Source of the DNA: Syntrophorhabdaceae bacterium
GTDB lineage: Bacteria; Desulfobacterota; Syntrophorhabdia; Syntrophorhabdales; Syntrophorhabdaceae
Assembly: GCA_963665295.1 (NCBI GenBank)
Contig: OY762209.1
Coordinates: 1,760,001-1,824,000, forward strand
Length of the DNA: 64,000 nucleotides
Reading direction: 5' to 3'
Part shown: one piece after another, positions 60,778 through 64,000 of the stretch
Position numbering within the stretch: position 1 is the stretch's first letter
Layout of the letters: each line of letters opens with the position of its first letter
Position numbers and translations under genes: made by a program
Notes under the pieces: model-generated
The model's input: the letters and a program-made list of their open reading frames with translations, nothing else
What the model was told of the DNA's origin: nothing
Database searches by the model: none

Positions 60778-63700
60778 TCAAAAGAACTTTCGAAAATCTA
60801 CAATCGGATTCTTTTGGATGTAACACCTCTGCGCAGAATAACCAGGTGTTCCACCGCCAGTCTCGGTGAATGGCCCAGATTGGTCGCCCCTGCCCCATGA
60901 GGCTGCTGTCCCACCTTGCGAGCGTTGGTATTGCGTAAACCACTCGCCAGGAACAAAATCAGAACCACCGTAAGTAATCGACAGTCCTGCAATTGTGGGA
61001 CCTCCAGATACTCCGTAACAATTGTAAGGATATATGCCGTTAGAATTGATTAGGTATCCTCCTCCCACAATAATGAGCGAGCCACTAATATCTACATAAC
61101 CCGCGGGGGTGACCGTTCCGTAAGAGACATTCAGACTTGATGATATTTGTTCTTGTGCCTGTTGTGGCGAATTACTATTGTTAGTGGGCGACTGTTTCAT
61201 GATTTTAGTCATCCCTATGCTCGCAAAATATCCCGCCGCAGCTCCCACTGCGCCATTAACGAACCCTTGCCCAAAGTTTCCTCCCGCGAGTGCCGTGATT
61301 CCACCGCCTACCAGTCCGCCGGCCGCTATAGAAACCCCAGCCTGCACAAACGCGTCTTTGATACCCATCGCGCCAACGCCCATCCCGGTTAACCCGCCAG
61401 CCGCTGCCCCTATTGCGCCGTAAAGCGCGCCTTGTCCCATATCACCGCCCGTAATGGAGGCGTTAATCACTCCGGCCATTGCACCACCAACCATGCCTCC
61501 GGCATAGACCAAAGACCCCGAAATAGCCCCGGTAAGCATCCCTTGTCCAATGTTTGTGCCATTGACCGCCGCAACCGTGCCCCCGGCTACGGCACCAATA
61601 ATAGCCATTATGGCCATCCCTATAAGGAGCGACAACCCGAAGTCATTCCCACTGGGGTCCACATATGTTACCGGATTATTCACGCAATAGCTATACCTGT
61701 TGAACGCCTGGAGGTTCCCCGGTTCGGGCACTATGCTGTCGGGGGAGATGAATCTTCCCAATACGGGGTCATAGAGCCTTGCCTTGTAGTTGTAGAGACC
61801 CGATTCGTCATCATATTCCTGATCGGTGAAGGTGTAATTCACGAGCGGGAAGCTGTAGGTCTCGTGGACCCGGTATGTCCCGAAGGGGTCGTACTCGACC
61901 TTTTCTTTTCTTGCTCCGTTGTCATCGGTTACTATGGATGCGGAGTTCAGGTGGTTCCCGTGGATGGTCTGGTTCCCGTCCGACCGTAGGGACATGACGC
62001 GGGTAGAGCCCGCGAATATATGGAAGACAGGTATCGAGTTTCTCTCTTCATAAATTTCCCCGAAATAAAGGACCGTCCCTGAAGCCCCCATCTTTCTCAC
62101 CCTTGAGCCGTTGCCGTCATAAGTATAGGTTGTTGTCCCAATGGTAAGGGGTCTATTGTCCGTTGTCCATGTGATGTCCAGGGTCGGGCCGCCGGAGACG
62201 GCCCTCTGGGTCATATTACCGTTCGCGTCATAACCGAGACCGATGTTCAAAACTCCTACCGTGTTACGCACGGCATGAGGCTTATCGGCATAATTATAGT
62301 GATAAGTCCCCACATCAGATTTGGTAAGGATATTCCCCAACGTGTCATAGGTAAAGCTCTGGGTGTACGCGCCCGTGCCGGTCCCCACCGCCGAGGTAAG
62401 CCTGTCAAGGCTGTCGTATTCGTAATCATGGACGATGTTATTCACCGTATCGGTAACGATGTGCGCATTGCCGTTTGCATCGAACTGATAGGCAAGGGCC
62501 TGATAGGTTTCCACGGGGGATCCGCCGTTCAGCCTGGTGGTGGTGAGAGACGAGAGTCTCCCCATTGCCGGGTCGTAATTATAGTCCGTCTCCACGGAAT
62601 AGGGATACGCTTTGGGGGATGTCGCCTTCTTGTGTTTATTGAGGGCATTATAGTCGGAGTACATAACGAGGGTGCTCGATGCGGTAACATTGGTAATCGA
62701 TGCGATGTTCCCCGCTGTCAAGGTCGCGTTTGTCCCGGGGTCAAAGGTGGTGTCGTAGGCGTAAGCGATTTGCTTCCTTTTGATGGGGTCGTCCGGAAAA
62801 TAGGTAAGCGTCCTCATCCTCCCCGCCGTGTCGTACTCCCTGGCGATTACGGTGGAGACCGGATTCAACAGGGGGCCGATCGATTTCCGGCTCTTCGTGA
62901 TCCTCTGCATGATGTCGAGTTCAAGGACCGTGTCCTTCTTGTATTCCTTGGCTCCCGAATTGTTCTCTGCGGACACATCGGTGAGCTTGCCCGTGGCGTA
63001 TGAGCAAGATGGAACGCCGGTGACGCACGCGTCATAGGTGTAGGTAACGGTGTCGGTGGCGGTCGTCTTGGTATGCACGCGGTTAAGCTGGTCATAAAAA
63101 AAGTTGGTTTGTTGGTATTTGGCGTCTGTCTGAGACGTGAGGTTTCCCGATTTGTCGTAAATATAGGTCCAGTATCCCATATCGGGATCGTTCATGGACT
63201 TCTTTTTTGACATGCTGTCGTAGGTCATGGAAGTAGTGATGAAAAGAGAGGCGTTTTCCGGGTTCGGCCTTATCACGTGGGCCAGGTTCCCGAGGAGATC
63301 ATAATCATAGGTGGTGAGCGTACCGATGGCATCGGTAACTCCTCTCAGCTTCTCGAACACGTCATAGCATGACCTGGTCGAGAGGCCTCTTTGGTTCGTC
63401 ACTACTTTGCAACGCCCCTCGTAGGACGTGCTAATATGATTGTCGTCGGGCAGCTTCACGTCTACGACCCTGGAGAGGCCGTCATAGGTGTGCTCGGTCC
63501 AATAGTTCGGACGGCTCGTGTCGGAGAAGTAGGGGTTCCACTTCTTCCATACCCTTCCCACGTTGTCATAGTCCGTATCCAGCACGATGTTCCTGGGTGT
63601 GCCCGTGTCGTTGGAACCCGTGGTGGTGGCCCTGTAGGTGCGGCCCAGGCCGTCAAAGAGAGAATAGGTGTCGTGCTGGATCACGGACAACCCGGAGTGG

Positions 63701-63999
63701 ATTTCTTCGGTCTTCTGCACGTACTGCGTGGCGGGATCACCGAAAAGCATGTAGTCATAGGTGGTAACGCCCCCGTCCGGCCGGGTCTCGGTTGAAATCC
63801 GCCCCAATGGATCGTACGCGTAGGAGAAGCCGTATGAGGTACCCTGAAGATAAGGTGGAATCATGGTGACGACCTTCCCGATGCCCGGGTCATACATGGT
63901 CGTGGTGACGTGGCCGACGCAGTTGGCGGTCGTAGAGACATAGGTGCTCGTGGCGCTGTCGTAGGTCATGGTGGTGGTGCAGCCGGGATAGAGATCATT
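60778..63999 (-). CDS. Rhs/YD-repeat toxin, 5'-partial
   Basis: YD repeats; core FTDQEYDDESGLYNYKARLYDPVLGRFISPD...NNPVTYVDPSG; Gly-rich C-terminal domain. Confidence 0.93.
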   Translation of the reverse strand, partial: NDLYPGCTTTMTYDSATSTYVSTTANCVGHVTTTMYDPGIGKVVTMIPPYLQGTSYGFSYAYDPLGRISTETRPDGGVTTYDYMLFGDPATQYVQKTEEIHSGLSVIQHDTYSLFDGLGRTYRATTTGSNDTGTPRNIVLDTDYDNVGRVWKKWNPYFSDTSRPNYWTEHTYDGLSRVVDVKLPDDNHISTSYEGRCKVVTNQRGLSTRSCYDVFEKLRGVTDAIGTLTTYDYDLLGNLAHVIRPNPENASLFITTSMTYDSMSKKKSMNDPDMGYWTYIYDKSGNLTSQTDAKYQQTNFFYDQLNRVHTKTTATDTVTYTYDACVTGVPSCSYATGKLTDVSAENNSGAKEYKKDTVLELDIMQRITKSRKSIGPLLNPVSTVIAREYDTAGRMRTLTYFPDDPIKRKQIAYAYDTTFDPGTNATLTAGNIASITNVTASSTLVMYSDYNALNKHKKATSPKAYPYSVETDYNYDPAMGRLSSLTTTRLNGGSPVETYQALAYQFDANGNAHIVTDTVNNIVHDYEYDSLDRLTSAVGTGTGAYTQSFTYDTLGNILTKSDVGTYHYNYADKPHAVRNTVGVLNIGLGYDANGNMTQRAVSGGPTLDITWTTDNRPLTIGTTTYTYDGNGSRVRKMGASGTVLYFGEIYEERNSIPVFHIFAGSTRVMSLRSDGNQTIHGNHLNSASIVTDDNGARKEKVEYDPFGTYRVHETYSFPLVNYTFTDQEYDDESGLYNYKARLYDPVLGRFISPDSIVPEPGNLQAFNRYSYCVNNPVTYVDPSGNDFGLSLLIGMAIMAIIGAVAGGTVAAVNGTNIGQGMLTGAISGSLVYAGGMVGGAMAGVINASITGGDMGQGALYGAIGAAAGGLTGMGVGAMGIKDAFVQAGVSIAAGGLVGGGITALAGGNFGQGFVNGAVGAAAGYFASIGMTKIMKQSPTNNSNSPQQAQEQISSSLNVSYGTVTPAGYVDISGSLIIVGGGYLINSNGIYPYNCYGVSGGPTIAGLSITYGGSDFVPGEWFTQYQRSQGGTAASWGRGDQSGPFTETGGGTPGYSAQRCYIQKNPIVDFRKFF

Positions 64000-64000
64000 C

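Overview
GC-rich bacterial DNA, probably from an anaerobic Desulfobacterota/Syntrophorhabdus-like organism (inferred from gene content only). Core genes include gap-pgk-tpiA-secG-tRNA-Leu(GAG), cfa, cysE, serC, an argD-like gene, carbamate kinase and an arginine/ornithine cluster. Signalling and resistance genes include a Czc-type RND pump with its two-component system and a CHASE2 adenylate cyclase/MBL hydrolase/FecR trio. A TrxC-type thioredoxin probably reads through UGA as selenocysteine. There are two accessory zones. The first (about 19.9-25.4 kb) is a co-oriented array of small unrelated membrane/lipoprotein genes with recurring GGGGAC/TAGGGG/GTACCC junction motifs. The second (about 50.7-64 kb) holds an intact RAYT-like Y1-HUH+HTH gene bounded by 23-bp inverted repeats, two internally deleted derivatives of it, immunity-like genes, an IS66, an IS3-interrupted IS110, and the 3' part of an Rhs toxin with a candidate immunity gene. 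The strongest observation is that the IS110 sits exactly inside a RAYT-type end motif (TTTAATGGAC-GT-CCC), and its 3' non-coding region carries a readable bridge-RNA-like loop (AATGGGCGT...GGGGAC) matching that motif. By inference, this suggests a RAYT-driven gene-cassette capture system parasitised by an RNA-guided recombinase. No database searches were run; family calls come from recognised motifs.
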